Assembly: GCA_036639875.1 (NCBI GenBank) | Contig: JAVWHX010000001.1 | Coordinates: 87,155 to 151,154 of the forward strand | Length of the DNA stretch: 64,000 nt | Direction: 5' to 3' | DNA from: Coprobacillus sp. | GTDB taxonomy: Bacteria; Bacillota_I; Bacilli_A; Erysipelotrichales; Coprobacillaceae | Part shown: piece after piece, positions 22,188-31,636 of the stretch | Numbering within the stretch: position 1 is the first letter of the stretch | Layout: every line of letters starts with the position of its first letter | The notes under the pieces: model-generated | Told to the model about the DNA's origin: nothing | What the model saw: only the letters and a program-made list of their open reading frames with translations | Databases searched by the model: none | Position numbers and translations under genes: made by a program

Positions 22188-22814
22188 ATGAATGAAGCAT
22201 TTTTAACCTTACCAGTTGAAAAACAAGAACGAATTATCAACGCTGCTTTGGAAGTGTTTTCTAAACATGACTATAAAAAAGCAAATACTGATGATATTGC
22301 AGCAATTGCAGGAATATCAAAAGGTTCTTTATTTTATTATTTCAAGAATAAAGAAGGCTTATTTATGTATTTGTTTGATTATGTTGTGAATCTTGTTTCT
22401 GAATATGTTAAAATAAATGATTATTTAGAAATAACTGATTTTTTTGAATTAATGGATTATGGTGCTAAAAGAAAAATTGTGATGATAGAGAAAAATCCAT
22501 ATATATTTGAATTTACAATGAAATGTTTTCTTCAAGAAGATGGACCAGTATCACAACAATTACGTGAAACAATCAGTAATCTTATGAAAAGTACGTATGG
22601 TACCTACTTTAGCCATATTGATACATCTAAATTTAAAGATGGTATCAACTTTAAAGATGTTTATGATATTTTAGCATATGCTACTGAAGGTTATGTTCAA
22701 GCATTACGTAGTAATCATCAAAGCATTAACATTGATAGTATGATGAAAGAGTTTTATCGTTGGAGCGTTTTATTTAAAAAGATGGCATATAAGGAGGAGT
22801 TCTTAGATGAATAG
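22188..22814 (+). CDS. TetR/AcrR-family transcriptional regulator
   Basis: N-terminal HTH (NTDDIAAIAGISKGSLFYYFKNKEGLF). GAGGGA RBS before the ATG at 22188. Confidence 0.85.
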   Translation: MNEAFLTLPVEKQERIINAALEVFSKHDYKKANTDDIAAIAGISKGSLFYYFKNKEGLFMYLFDYVVNLVSEYVKINDYLEITDFFELMDYGAKRKIVMIEKNPYIFEFTMKCFLQEDGPVSQQLRETISNLMKSTYGTYFSHIDTSKFKDGINFKDVYDILAYATEGYVQALRSNHQSINIDSMMKEFYRWSVLFKKMAYKEEFLDE

Positions 22815-23691
22815 TATTGAAGTGAACCATATTACAAAAGATTATGGTCAAGGTAAAGGCGTATTTGATGTGAGTTTTACTGTAAACGATGGAGAAGTCC
22901 TTGGTTTTCTTGGTCCAAACGGAGCAGGAAAAACCACTACAATCAGACAATTAATGGGATTTATGAAACCAGATAAAGGAACTGTAAGTATTTTAGGTAA
23001 AGATTGTTTTAAAGATGCTAAAACAATTCAAGAGAATATTGGTTATTTACCTGGTGAGATTACTTTTATGGATGATATTACTGGTAAAGAATTTATTCAA
23101 TTTATTGCTGATTTAAAAGGTATTAAGGACATGAGTAAGGCTTATGAGCTGATTGAATACTTTGAATTAAATCCAACTGGTAAGATTAAAAAAATGTCTA
23201 AAGGTATGAAACAAAAGATAGGTCTTGTTTGTGCTTTTATGCAAGATCCAGATATCTATATTTTTGATGAACCTACGAGTGGATTAGATCCTTTAATGCA
23301 AAATAAGTTTGTTGACTTAGTTATCAAAGAAAAAGAAAAAGGCAAAACAATCTTAATGTCTTCACATATCTTCGAAGAAGTTGAAAAGACTTGTGATCGT
23401 GTTGCAATTATTAAAGATGGACATATTGTTGCGATTGATAAAATAGATAATCTTAAGCAAAATAAAGTTAAACACTTTTCAATCACTTTTAAAGTTGAAA
23501 AGGATGCTTTAGAATTTCAAAAGAAATATCCTGACGCTATTATTGATAAAAATTGTATTCAACTCAAAGTTAAAGATATAACAACATTTATTCAATCTTT
23601 ACAAAATTATCAAATTAAAGATTTAGATATAAAAACACAAACATTAGAAGAACTATTCTTACATTTCTATGGAGGTGACAAAAATGCTTAA
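22807..23691 (+). CDS. ABC transporter ATP-binding protein (ABC-2 type)
   Basis: Walker A GPNGAGKTT, signature MSKGMKQK, Walker B IYIFDEPTSGLD. Overlaps the TetR gene by 8 nt. Confidence 0.9.
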   Translation: MNSIEVNHITKDYGQGKGVFDVSFTVNDGEVLGFLGPNGAGKTTTIRQLMGFMKPDKGTVSILGKDCFKDAKTIQENIGYLPGEITFMDDITGKEFIQFIADLKGIKDMSKAYELIEYFELNPTGKIKKMSKGMKQKIGLVCAFMQDPDIYIFDEPTSGLDPLMQNKFVDLVIKEKEKGKTILMSSHIFEEVEKTCDRVAIIKDGHIVAIDKIDNLKQNKVKHFSITFKVEKDALEFQKKYPDAIIDKNCIQLKVKDITTFIQSLQNYQIKDLDIKTQTLEELFLHFYGGDKNA

Positions 23692-24484
23692 TTTCACTTT
23701 ATTTAAAAAAGAAGTCAAAACAAACTATAAAGTTCTATGTATTTTCTTAGCATTAATTGCTATGTATAGTAGCGTTATTGTGATTATGTTTGATCCTGAG
23801 CTTGGTAAGAGCTTAGATGTCATGGCAAAAAGTATACCTGAGGTTTTTGCAGCATTTGGAATGTTAAATGTAGGTTCAACATTAATAGAATTTGTATCCA
23901 ATTATTTATATGGTTTTATATTAACAGCAGTTCCTTTGGTTTGTGTGATAGTGATTGCAAATCGCTTGGTTGCTCGTTATGTTGATAATGGATCAATGAG
24001 TTATTTACTTGCTTCTCCTCATTCAAGAAGAGAGATTATCACAAGTCAAGCTATCACTTTAATTATAACAATCTTTATCATGGTCTTATTTGCGACTGGA
24101 TTAATTATTCTTGTTAGTGGACTTTGCTTCCCAGGTGAACTTGATATTCAAAAATTTATTGTTGTTAATATTGGTTTGTTTGGTTTATTATTGTTTATGG
24201 GAAGTCTTTGCTTCTTATCATCATGTCTATTCAATGATACAAGAAAAACAAATGGTATTGGTGGTGGAATCATTATTGGTTCTATATTACTACAAATGAT
24301 TAGTCAAGTTGGTGAGAAATTCGAATTCTTAAAATATGCTACACCACTTACTTTATTTGATGTTAATGGTCTTTTAGCAAGTAGTCAAAATGCATATCTT
24401 ATGATTGGTGTTTTATATGCACTAGCAGTTATTGTCTTTATTATAGCAATATCTATATTCACAAAAAAAGATTTATCTATTTAG
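23684..24484 (+). CDS. ABC-2-type permease
   Basis: Six predicted TM helices. GGAGGTG RBS before MLNFTLFKKE. Overlaps the ATPase gene. Confidence 0.75.
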   Translation: MLNFTLFKKEVKTNYKVLCIFLALIAMYSSVIVIMFDPELGKSLDVMAKSIPEVFAAFGMLNVGSTLIEFVSNYLYGFILTAVPLVCVIVIANRLVARYVDNGSMSYLLASPHSRREIITSQAITLIITIFIMVLFATGLIILVSGLCFPGELDIQKFIVVNIGLFGLLLFMGSLCFLSSCLFNDTRKTNGIGGGIIIGSILLQMISQVGEKFEFLKYATPLTLFDVNGLLASSQNAYLMIGVLYALAVIVFIIAISIFTKKDLSI

Positions 24485-24519
24485 AAGAGAAACTCAGCGA
24501 GTTTCTCTTCTTTTATTTT
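24484..24519. terminator. bidirectional rho-independent terminator
   Basis: Perfect stem GAAGAGAAACTC/GAGTTTCTCTTC with a short loop, followed by a T-run. Lies between convergent genes. Confidence 0.7.
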
Positions 24520-25334
24520 CTAGCGACTATACAAATCGTCTCGTCATCTATAGTACACTCTTTACCTGTCATATCTCCATAAAATGAAATATCTTTAAAA
24601 CCAGTACCTCTTAAACTTCGTTCAAGTTCTTCAAAAGTAAAAGTATGTTCCCAAACATGATAATAAGCTATCTTTTCTTTCTCGATAACAATATATTTAT
24701 CTAAAAATGTATTGTTTTGATCATAACGATAAAATGATTTTAAAAGCAAATGTTCTTTATCACTAAAGAATCCTTTACTTTCAACAGACCATTCATTACG
24801 CTCCTTTTTACCAATATACTTTTGTTTAGTAAAAACATCAAATACAAAACAACCCCCTACCACTAAAGTATCATATACCTTTTTTAAAAGAATTTCTCTA
24901 TTTTCATCTGACAATACACCAAAATCACAATAAATAAGAGTTATCAAATGACATAGAGATGGAAATTCATTCACTACATAATCACCAACATTGTATTGAA
25001 TATCAATATTCTTTTCTTGTGCTGAAGAAATAGCATATTCAATAGAATTATAGGAAATATCCATTCCCGTGACTTGATAACCACAATGATAGAATAACTC
25101 AGTATATATTCCTGGTCCACACCCTAAGTCAAGTAACTTTTTATATTGATGACTTGGAAACTGGCCATTTATCCATTCTACTGATCTTAAAACAGATTCA
25201 TACTTACGAGTTGCAGACTCAACCTCTGGATCCAAATGAGCTTTTAACATTTGTTTAGAAATATATGGATCATTCCATAAACTGCATGTTCCCTCTTCAT
25301 AAAGTCTTGGTTTTTTATCTAATCTTTCTTTCAT
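24513..25334 (-). CDS. class I SAM-dependent methyltransferase
   Basis: Motif I LLDLGCGPGIYT and the following acidic loop GMDIS. Confidence 0.8.
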   Translation of the reverse strand: MKERLDKKPRLYEEGTCSLWNDPYISKQMLKAHLDPEVESATRKYESVLRSVEWINGQFPSHQYKKLLDLGCGPGIYTELFYHCGYQVTGMDISYNSIEYAISSAQEKNIDIQYNVGDYVVNEFPSLCHLITLIYCDFGVLSDENREILLKKVYDTLVVGGCFVFDVFTKQKYIGKKERNEWSVESKGFFSDKEHLLLKSFYRYDQNNTFLDKYIVIEKEKIAYYHVWEHTFTFEELERSLRGTGFKDISFYGDMTGKECTIDDETICIVARK

Positions 25335-25615
25335 AGATCTTGTCCTTTCTGTGTTTATAGTAATTAAAAAACTATGGTTGTCCCACAGTTCAAGTTTAAA
25401 ACATTTGAATTGTGGAATATATAATCATAACCTCATAACAATAAAACCTATTCTCTAGGTCTATTTCATTATTTTGTTTTGATTATTCTTTATTTCCACG
25501 TTTCATTTATATTACCGATTATGCAATATCAAATGCGTCGGACAAAATCATCTCCTTAAATATTTGCCACATATAAATTACACACAATCTTATTCACGAT
25601 AAAACATTTTTATAG

Positions 25616-27295
25616 TTATGATTTGCGAATGGTATAAAAATTATAAAAAGCTCCTTTATTTTTCATAAGTGTATGAAAAGTGCCTTTTTCTATAATTTGA
25701 CCTTTATCCATATAAATAACTTCATCATACTTTTCTAATAAATCTTCACTCGTCTTATGCATAATAGACAACAACGTTAATGAATCATTCTGCAATAATC
25801 TATTTTCGATATCATATGCATTTTGCATATCTACTGCTGAAGTTCCTTCATCAAGAATCAATAACTGTTTCTTTCTAATTAAAGCTCTTGCAAGGGCAAT
25901 TCTTTGTCTTTGCCCACCAGATAGATTAGATCCATTTTCACCTACTAAACTCTCTTCACTGAAATCTTTTGTTATAATATTTTGACAACCACTCATTTGT
26001 AATGCAGTTTGATAAATTTGATCTGGATAATCATTATGCAAACAAATATTATCTTTCATAGATTCATCAAACATATAAACATTTTGATGAATGATTGATG
26101 CCATATCATGAAGTTGATGTTGATTAAGATAACGAATATCTTTTCCGTCATAATTGATATCTCCTGAGAAGTTATCATAATATCCCAAAAGTAATTTCAC
26201 TAGGGTTGACTTTCCGCAGCCACTTGTTCCCATAATAGCATACTTTTTATATGGAATAATATTAAGATGAATATTTTTTAAAACAGGTTGATTCTTTTCA
26301 TATGAAAAGTCTAAGTTTGATATATTTATACTTTCTAAAAAATGTGGTGTTGCACCATCATAAGTTGGATTTATAGCCGATAACTCATTCACCTTTTCTA
26401 TGATTGGTTTCATACTTTTCACTAAAGCAAGGTTATTCATGATTTGCATAAGTGGACTTACAAAGCGACTACATAACTGGACAACTGCTGCTAAAATACC
26501 AACTGACATATCTCCAGTAATCACAAGATAGGCACATAGTCCTGTTGTTCCAACCTGGATCGTAATTCCTAATAATTGCGCAGTTGTATCATTGATAACT
26601 TTAAATCGATCAGCATGATACTTTTTATTTGCTAACTGCTGATTATATTTCTGAAAATTTTTTGTCATATAAGAAAACATATTAAAGGAGTAAATGACAT
26701 CAAAACCAGAAAAAATATCTTTAATTTTATTTGTAAACAAGGACAATTCTTTTGATAATGCTTTTTGTCTTCTTGATAAATATTTTCCAAGTAATGTTGG
26801 AATAAGAAATGCGATTGCTGATGATAAAAATATAACAAATGTAATTAATGGACTATAATAAAACAACATCACGACTGTTGCAACAAACATACCCACGCTT
26901 TCACATATCACTAATACAGGTTTAATTAAATTCTCTTCAATTAAATTCATATCATTTGTTAAAACAGAAATATAATCTGATGTTTTGGCTTTATAAAAAG
27001 AAGTCATATCCTTATTTAATATTCCTTGAAAAACATCGTTTCTCATTTGTATTAAAATATTTTTGATTAGCTTTTTACTACATATTAAATATATATAAAA
27101 TAATATAAAGATCAAAATAATAAACAAGGCTGATGACATAATAAGTTGAGCAAACTTTGAACCTTCTCCTGATGCTGCTATATCAAAAACTAACTCATAT
27201 TGCTTTGTGACTAAAACCAAAGCAGTGCTCGACATCAAACTAAATAAAGTAGTTAAAATAAATAAACCTTTATTTTTAATAAAATACTTTTTCAC
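25616..27295 (-). CDS. ABC exporter, fused permease/ATPase
   Basis: GTG start with GGAGGT RBS. Walker A GTSGCGKST, signature LSGGQRQR, Walker B LLILDEGTSAVD. Confidence 0.9.
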   Translation of the reverse strand: MKKYFIKNKGLFILTTLFSLMSSTALVLVTKQYELVFDIAASGEGSKFAQLIMSSALFIILIFILFYIYLICSKKLIKNILIQMRNDVFQGILNKDMTSFYKAKTSDYISVLTNDMNLIEENLIKPVLVICESVGMFVATVVMLFYYSPLITFVIFLSSAIAFLIPTLLGKYLSRRQKALSKELSLFTNKIKDIFSGFDVIYSFNMFSYMTKNFQKYNQQLANKKYHADRFKVINDTTAQLLGITIQVGTTGLCAYLVITGDMSVGILAAVVQLCSRFVSPLMQIMNNLALVKSMKPIIEKVNELSAINPTYDGATPHFLESINISNLDFSYEKNQPVLKNIHLNIIPYKKYAIMGTSGCGKSTLVKLLLGYYDNFSGDINYDGKDIRYLNQHQLHDMASIIHQNVYMFDESMKDNICLHNDYPDQIYQTALQMSGCQNIITKDFSEESLVGENGSNLSGGQRQRIALARALIRKKQLLILDEGTSAVDMQNAYDIENRLLQNDSLTLLSIMHKTSEDLLEKYDEVIYMDKGQIIEKGTFHTLMKNKGAFYNFYTIRKS

Positions 27296-27375
27296 TTTTG
27301 TACCTCCAGTGACCTATAGATTTCTTTGATAATTCTATTATCAAGCCTACAGGTACTGTAGAGTCAAACTATATT

Positions 27376-28221
27376 TTACTTTTCGCTTTCATTTTCTATC
27401 ACCAACATAATCTCTGTCATATATTGATCTTTATCTTTAGAGGTAGCTATATCGATAATAAAACGATTTATAATCTTTTTCTTATCAATATTTATCTGAT
27501 GATCTTGTGTATATCGATATAATTCCTCATGTGCTTCTCCTAAATATCCATAAGTGCCATCATACATCATAGTAATTGCTTTATATTGTGGTATTTTCAT
27601 AACGAAATTGGTTATTTCCTGATCTGTTTTCACAGGGATATATAATCTAATATGTGCATGATCATAATTAATGGTTGTTATATCTTCATTAAAAATCGCA
27701 TAACGATCGCCTATTATTTCTAAACCACTTTGTTCAATTTGATTCATTAGTTCAACAAATTTTCTATTAAATTGATTCGGGTGACATGCACTTACAAAAT
27801 CAATATAGGCAATATACTGTTGATCAATATCTTTTATAACTATTTTATCAGTGCTCTCTAACTCAAAATGCTGTTCAATTGCCTCTACTCTTTTTTCTAA
27901 TCTAGATTTCAATAATGAGAGTGCTTTTATTGTATTATCAATTTCATGACATTTGACTTCTAGCATCTTTCTGTTATGAACAAGATCATCACGTTTTAAT
28001 AATGATTTGACTTCTTTTAAAGAAAATCCGATAAATTTAAATTCTTTAATAATCGTGATTTCTAAGATTTGTTGAAATGTATAATATCGATAATTACTGT
28101 TTTTATCAATATATGCAGGTGTTAACAACCCAATTTCATCATAGTAGTGTAAGGTTCTAACATTCAAATGACATATCTTAGCAACCTCTCCAATAGAATA
28201 ATATTCCTTATCAAATGTCAT
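27376..28221 (-). CDS. MerR-family regulator with GyrI-like effector domain (BmrR type)
   Basis: N-terminal YSIGEVAKICHLNVRTLHYYDEIGLL HTH, a coiled-coil linker and a C-terminal approx 150 aa effector domain. Confidence 0.85.
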   Translation of the reverse strand: MTFDKEYYSIGEVAKICHLNVRTLHYYDEIGLLTPAYIDKNSNYRYYTFQQILEITIIKEFKFIGFSLKEVKSLLKRDDLVHNRKMLEVKCHEIDNTIKALSLLKSRLEKRVEAIEQHFELESTDKIVIKDIDQQYIAYIDFVSACHPNQFNRKFVELMNQIEQSGLEIIGDRYAIFNEDITTINYDHAHIRLYIPVKTDQEITNFVMKIPQYKAITMMYDGTYGYLGEAHEELYRYTQDHQINIDKKKIINRFIIDIATSKDKDQYMTEIMLVIENESEK

Positions 28222-28335
28222 ATGAATTTCCCCTTTTCTATTTCAACGTAGTCATTCTACTTATTTATATTATACTTGCTTCATCTATTATAACAATAAA
28301 ACATTTATAAAATGGTTATATTCTATAAATATTTG

Positions 28336-28467
28336 AAGTTTGATATTAATGGTATCCTATCAAATAATCAAAATGCATATATCATGATGAGCATTTTATG
28401 CAGATTAGTCGTTATTATCTTTATTATTGCAATATCTATATTTATAAAAAAGAACTTATATATTTAA
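28336..28467 (+). pseudogene. relic 3' end of a second ABC-2 permease gene
   Basis: Translation KFDINGILSNNQNAYIMMSILCRLVVIIFIIAISIFIKKNLYI* aligns with the C-terminus of the permease at 23684-24484 (LFDVNGLLASSQNAYLMIGVLYALAVIVFIIAISIFTKKDLSI*). About 24 of 39 residues are identical. No matching upstream coding sequence. Confidence 0.6.
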
Positions 28468-28545
28468 TAAAAACGATAAAGAAAACACAAGATTTAAAAT
28501 TAATGATATATCCTGTACCTTTTTTATTACTACTTTTAACATAAT

Positions 28546-28584
28546 AAAACCCCTATCGTTGAAAGACACAACTTTTGGGGTTTA
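28546..28584 (-). terminator. possible rho-independent terminator of the 657-aa surface protein gene
   Basis: AAACCCC...GGGGTTT outer stem with inner GTTG/CAAC pairing, followed on the minus strand by TTTTATTAT. Confidence 0.4.
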
Positions 28585-28589
28585 TATTA

Positions 28590-30563
28590 CTAACCAACAT
28601 CTTTATCATTTTTTCTTAGGCTGTTTAATTTTTCTATAATTCGTTTTCTAAAAACGATTCCTAATACAATAACAACTACTCCTATTCCAATTCCAATATA
28701 TAAATAAATATTATTATTTCTTGTAATATTTGTTGAGAGTTCTTCTTTATTCTTTTCCTCTTCTGGCTCATTTTGTTCTTCATTATTTTCTATGTTTTTT
28801 GTTGGATCACTTTGGTTGCCTAGTGTTGAAGTACTGTCTTTAACAATTGAAGAGGTTTTTGCCTTTTGTTTAGAAATGATGTATTTACTATTGTGTGTTA
28901 TATAAAATTGATAAAAGCCATCACTTGTAATATCAATCTTTTCAGCAATTGTTTCTAACCCATCATCATTATAATGATAAACATATAAATCGCTATCTCC
29001 AATATAATTTCTAAAAGTATAATCAGCCTTTATCTTAATCTGTGTTTTTCCTGGCAACAAGCCATTTGATGCAAATTCAATAACCATTCCTTTAGAGCCT
29101 TCAGTAAAGCATTCAATCAATGTCCTATTATCAAACTCATCAAATGCATATATCTTAACACTTGTATTAATTTTCTTAATTGGATTTTTAATATCGGAAC
29201 CTTTAAAAATCCATTGTATTCCATCATTAACAAGAATAAGAGTTTTATTTGTTCCCTTGATGTTTGAAAAAGCTTTTTCATCAATGATATGATTTTTTGT
29301 ACAATCAACAGTTATAACAGAATCATTTTTTGCAGAACTTATTGTATCAAGATAATCATCCTTCATAGTCCCTGTTGATACATCACTAACAATTGCTTTT
29401 TTTAATTTAAATTCTTTCTTTTCAATTTTGATATCACCACCAACACCATATATTGAGTATTTAGATTTATTTCCTGCCACATCATAAACAGTTATGGAAT
29501 CAATATAAAACGTAGCTTCAGGATAATATTGATTGAATACACAATCAGCTACAAATTTTCCATTTATAGCTGGAGCATATGCTATAACTCCTGCATCAGT
29601 TATCAATTTATCATTTTTATCATATCCTTTAAAATAAGCTTGTACTTTAGAAACACCAGAAATATCATCACTGACATCAAACAAAAATTTCATTGAACCA
29701 GGTGCTAAAACATCAGTTGGGTTGTACGAATACCCATTTAATACAGGTGCTTTTGTATCACTCACTCCATTTGTAACTGTTACATCTATATTCTTATTAA
29801 TGCGGACACTTGAATCAACATGCGTAATGTTTTCTGGATTATAAGAAACCCATGTTTGGTTCTTAGCTTCGTCGGTCAATACTATATAAATCAACTTTAT
29901 TGGTTTATACTTTGCACCTTCTGGCACATCTATAATTGCCTTATATGTATTAGAAGAAATATATTCACCAGTAAAACTTATTTCATTACCTGCTATATCA
30001 TAAGAGACTTGGACATGTAATTTTGAAGTCATATTATCAGATGCTTTCACTGTTACATAAAATTGACCTGGGGCAGATACTGATTTTTTTGATACAGAAA
30101 CATCTTTGAAGATTGGTGCCGCAGTATCATAATTTTTGTTTTCTAAAACTGTAAAATTGATATTTGAAAAATTCACTGATGTATCTGAAGAATAATAAAT
30201 ATTTCTTTTACCTGATTTATCCCAAATTTGAATTGCTGTAGCTTTCCAATCTCCAGCTAAAGTTTTTTCTGGCAATTTATATGAGCTAGAGAATTTATTA
30301 GAAGAAGACGTATTTTCAAATTCAATAGAGATTAGTTTTGAATGATTAGTACTTAACTCATACTCAATCATAACTTTTTGCAAGCCTGTTAAATCATCAT
30401 CTCCAGTAACATTAAAAGTAATATTCTCTCCTCCAGATAATGTCTTTTTATTTATTGAAATCGCTGTTAATGTTGGAGGATTATTATCTTCCAAACCTTT
30501 TACATTCAAAAATGTCGATAATATAATTATAAAACTTAATATGATTACTAAAACTTTCTTCAT
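28590..30563 (-). CDS. surface protein: signal peptide, three approx 115-aa repeats, C-terminal TM anchor
   Basis: Start at MKKVLVIILSFIIILSTFLNVKG (GGGGAGTG RBS). Three related modules begin PPTLTAISINKKTLSGGENITF, APIFKDVSVSKKSVSAPGQFYV and APVLNGYSYNPTDVLAPGSMKF. C-terminal hydrophobic helix plus basic tail. No LPXTG. Confidence 0.7.
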   Translation of the reverse strand: MKKVLVIILSFIIILSTFLNVKGLEDNNPPTLTAISINKKTLSGGENITFNVTGDDDLTGLQKVMIEYELSTNHSKLISIEFENTSSSNKFSSSYKLPEKTLAGDWKATAIQIWDKSGKRNIYYSSDTSVNFSNINFTVLENKNYDTAAPIFKDVSVSKKSVSAPGQFYVTVKASDNMTSKLHVQVSYDIAGNEISFTGEYISSNTYKAIIDVPEGAKYKPIKLIYIVLTDEAKNQTWVSYNPENITHVDSSVRINKNIDVTVTNGVSDTKAPVLNGYSYNPTDVLAPGSMKFLFDVSDDISGVSKVQAYFKGYDKNDKLITDAGVIAYAPAINGKFVADCVFNQYYPEATFYIDSITVYDVAGNKSKYSIYGVGGDIKIEKKEFKLKKAIVSDVSTGTMKDDYLDTISSAKNDSVITVDCTKNHIIDEKAFSNIKGTNKTLILVNDGIQWIFKGSDIKNPIKKINTSVKIYAFDEFDNRTLIECFTEGSKGMVIEFASNGLLPGKTQIKIKADYTFRNYIGDSDLYVYHYNDDGLETIAEKIDITSDGFYQFYITHNSKYIISKQKAKTSSIVKDSTSTLGNQSDPTKNIENNEEQNEPEEEKNKEELSTNITRNNNIYLYIGIGIGVVVIVLGIVFRKRIIEKLNSLRKNDKDVG

Positions 30564-30721
30564 ATAGTTCACTCCCCTTATATACTTATTATAACAATTA
30601 AAATATATAGTCGCAATTTGTATCAAACAAATTTTGTTTTTTTATAAAATATATGAAAACAGTCTTTTCATTCACAAACAATCCTAATAAATACAATGTC
30701 TTATCTCTATCCTATTTACAT

Positions 30722-30772
30722 AAAAAAACTGATAAATCATAAATTTTCATTGACTTATAATTATCAGTTTTT
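30722..30772. terminator. rho-independent terminator after the PadR/DUF1048 pair
   Basis: AAAAACTGATAA ... TTATCAGTTTTT inverted repeat (12 bp including the A/T runs). Confidence 0.5.
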
Positions 30773-30820
30773 AAATACTTGCTATATGAAATGAGTATAA
30801 GCTATATAGATCACACTCTT

Positions 30821-31177
30821 TTATTTGTTTAATTTTTTATGAATATCTTGATTAAGCTTTATACGCCAATTTTCTGTATAAGTAGAGGCACTTCGTAATA
30901 GATCTTCACAAAAAGCAGCGACATCATCTCCAGTAACTTCTAAAACATCTTTTCCTTCAGCAGCATTTTGTTCAAATAATTCAATAAGTCCATAATGAAT
31001 TTCCATCATATCGTATCCTGCACCTGATGCAAACATCCACATATGCTCTTGAATCTTTTTAAATACATATTGATAATCTTCAGGAAGCTTATCAACTCTT
31101 TTCATTGCTTCTTTATATTCACGTTTGCTTTCAATCATCTTCTTTATATTTAAATAATTATCAAAAAATTCATTCAT
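30821..31177 (-). CDS. DUF1048-like protein (PadR partner)
   Basis: 118 aa helical protein, KREYKEAMKRVDKLPEDYQYVFKKIQEHMW. Lies directly downstream of the PadR gene with a 1-nt gap. Confidence 0.6.
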   Translation of the reverse strand: MNEFFDNYLNIKKMIESKREYKEAMKRVDKLPEDYQYVFKKIQEHMWMFASGAGYDMMEIHYGLIELFEQNAAEGKDVLEVTGDDVAAFCEDLLRSASTYTENWRIKLNQDIHKKLNK

Positions 31178-31178
31178 T

Positions 31179-31502
31179 TTATTGACTCTCCTTTAATTGT
31201 TTGATTTTTTCTTCAACAAAATTCCATTTTTCCCAAAATAAAGATAACTCTTTCTTTCCATCCTCATTAAGTATAAAGAACTTTCTTGGTGGTCCCATCA
31301 CTGATGGTTTCTTTGTAATATTGACAAGTTTATTTTTTTCTAATCTTAATAAAATAGTATACACAGTTCCATCAACAACATCATTAAATCCTAATGCATT
31401 GAGTTTACGTGTGATTTCATAACCATAAGTCTCTTCATGACTAATAATCTCAAGAACACATCCTTCTAAAACACCTTTTAGCATCTCTGTTAAATTATCC
31501 AA
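31179..31502 (-). CDS. PadR-family transcriptional regulator
   Basis: Winged-helix signature GVLEGCVLEIISHEETYGYEITRKL ... GTVYTILLRLEKNKLV. Start uncertain: TTG at 31502 after AAGGAGAGG, or ATG at 31484. The track ORF extends to 31544. Confidence 0.8.
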   Translation of the reverse strand: MDNLTEMLKGVLEGCVLEIISHEETYGYEITRKLNALGFNDVVDGTVYTILLRLEKNKLVNITKKPSVMGPPRKFFILNEDGKKELSLFWEKWNFVEEKIKQLKESQ

Positions 31503-31636
31503 GCATATCTTCCTCTCCTTAGCAGCGACAATACTCTGTATCACTTACTACTGCTATATAGTATCACTGAATAGCAATGATGTCAACATCTTATGCATAA
31601 AAAAACAGCATGGCTACATACCATACTGTTTAACTA

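Noticed and set aside
25383-25415. Hairpin CCACAGTTCAA...TTGAATTGTGG in the 280-nt spacer between the ABC exporter and the methyltransferase genes, considered as a riboswitch, attenuator or small RNA
   Set aside because: It is a single imperfect stem with no adjoining T-run and no recognisable riboswitch core sequence. It may be a weak terminator or a 5' UTR structure, but I cannot support a call.
24513-28335. Treating the methyltransferase/ABC/MerR block as a recently inserted mobile element flanked by direct repeats of the permease 3' end
   Set aside because: The two permease-end copies are only about 60% identical at the protein level. No mobility genes or inverted terminal repeats are visible. 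An old rearrangement or paralogue decay is more plausible than a recent transposition.
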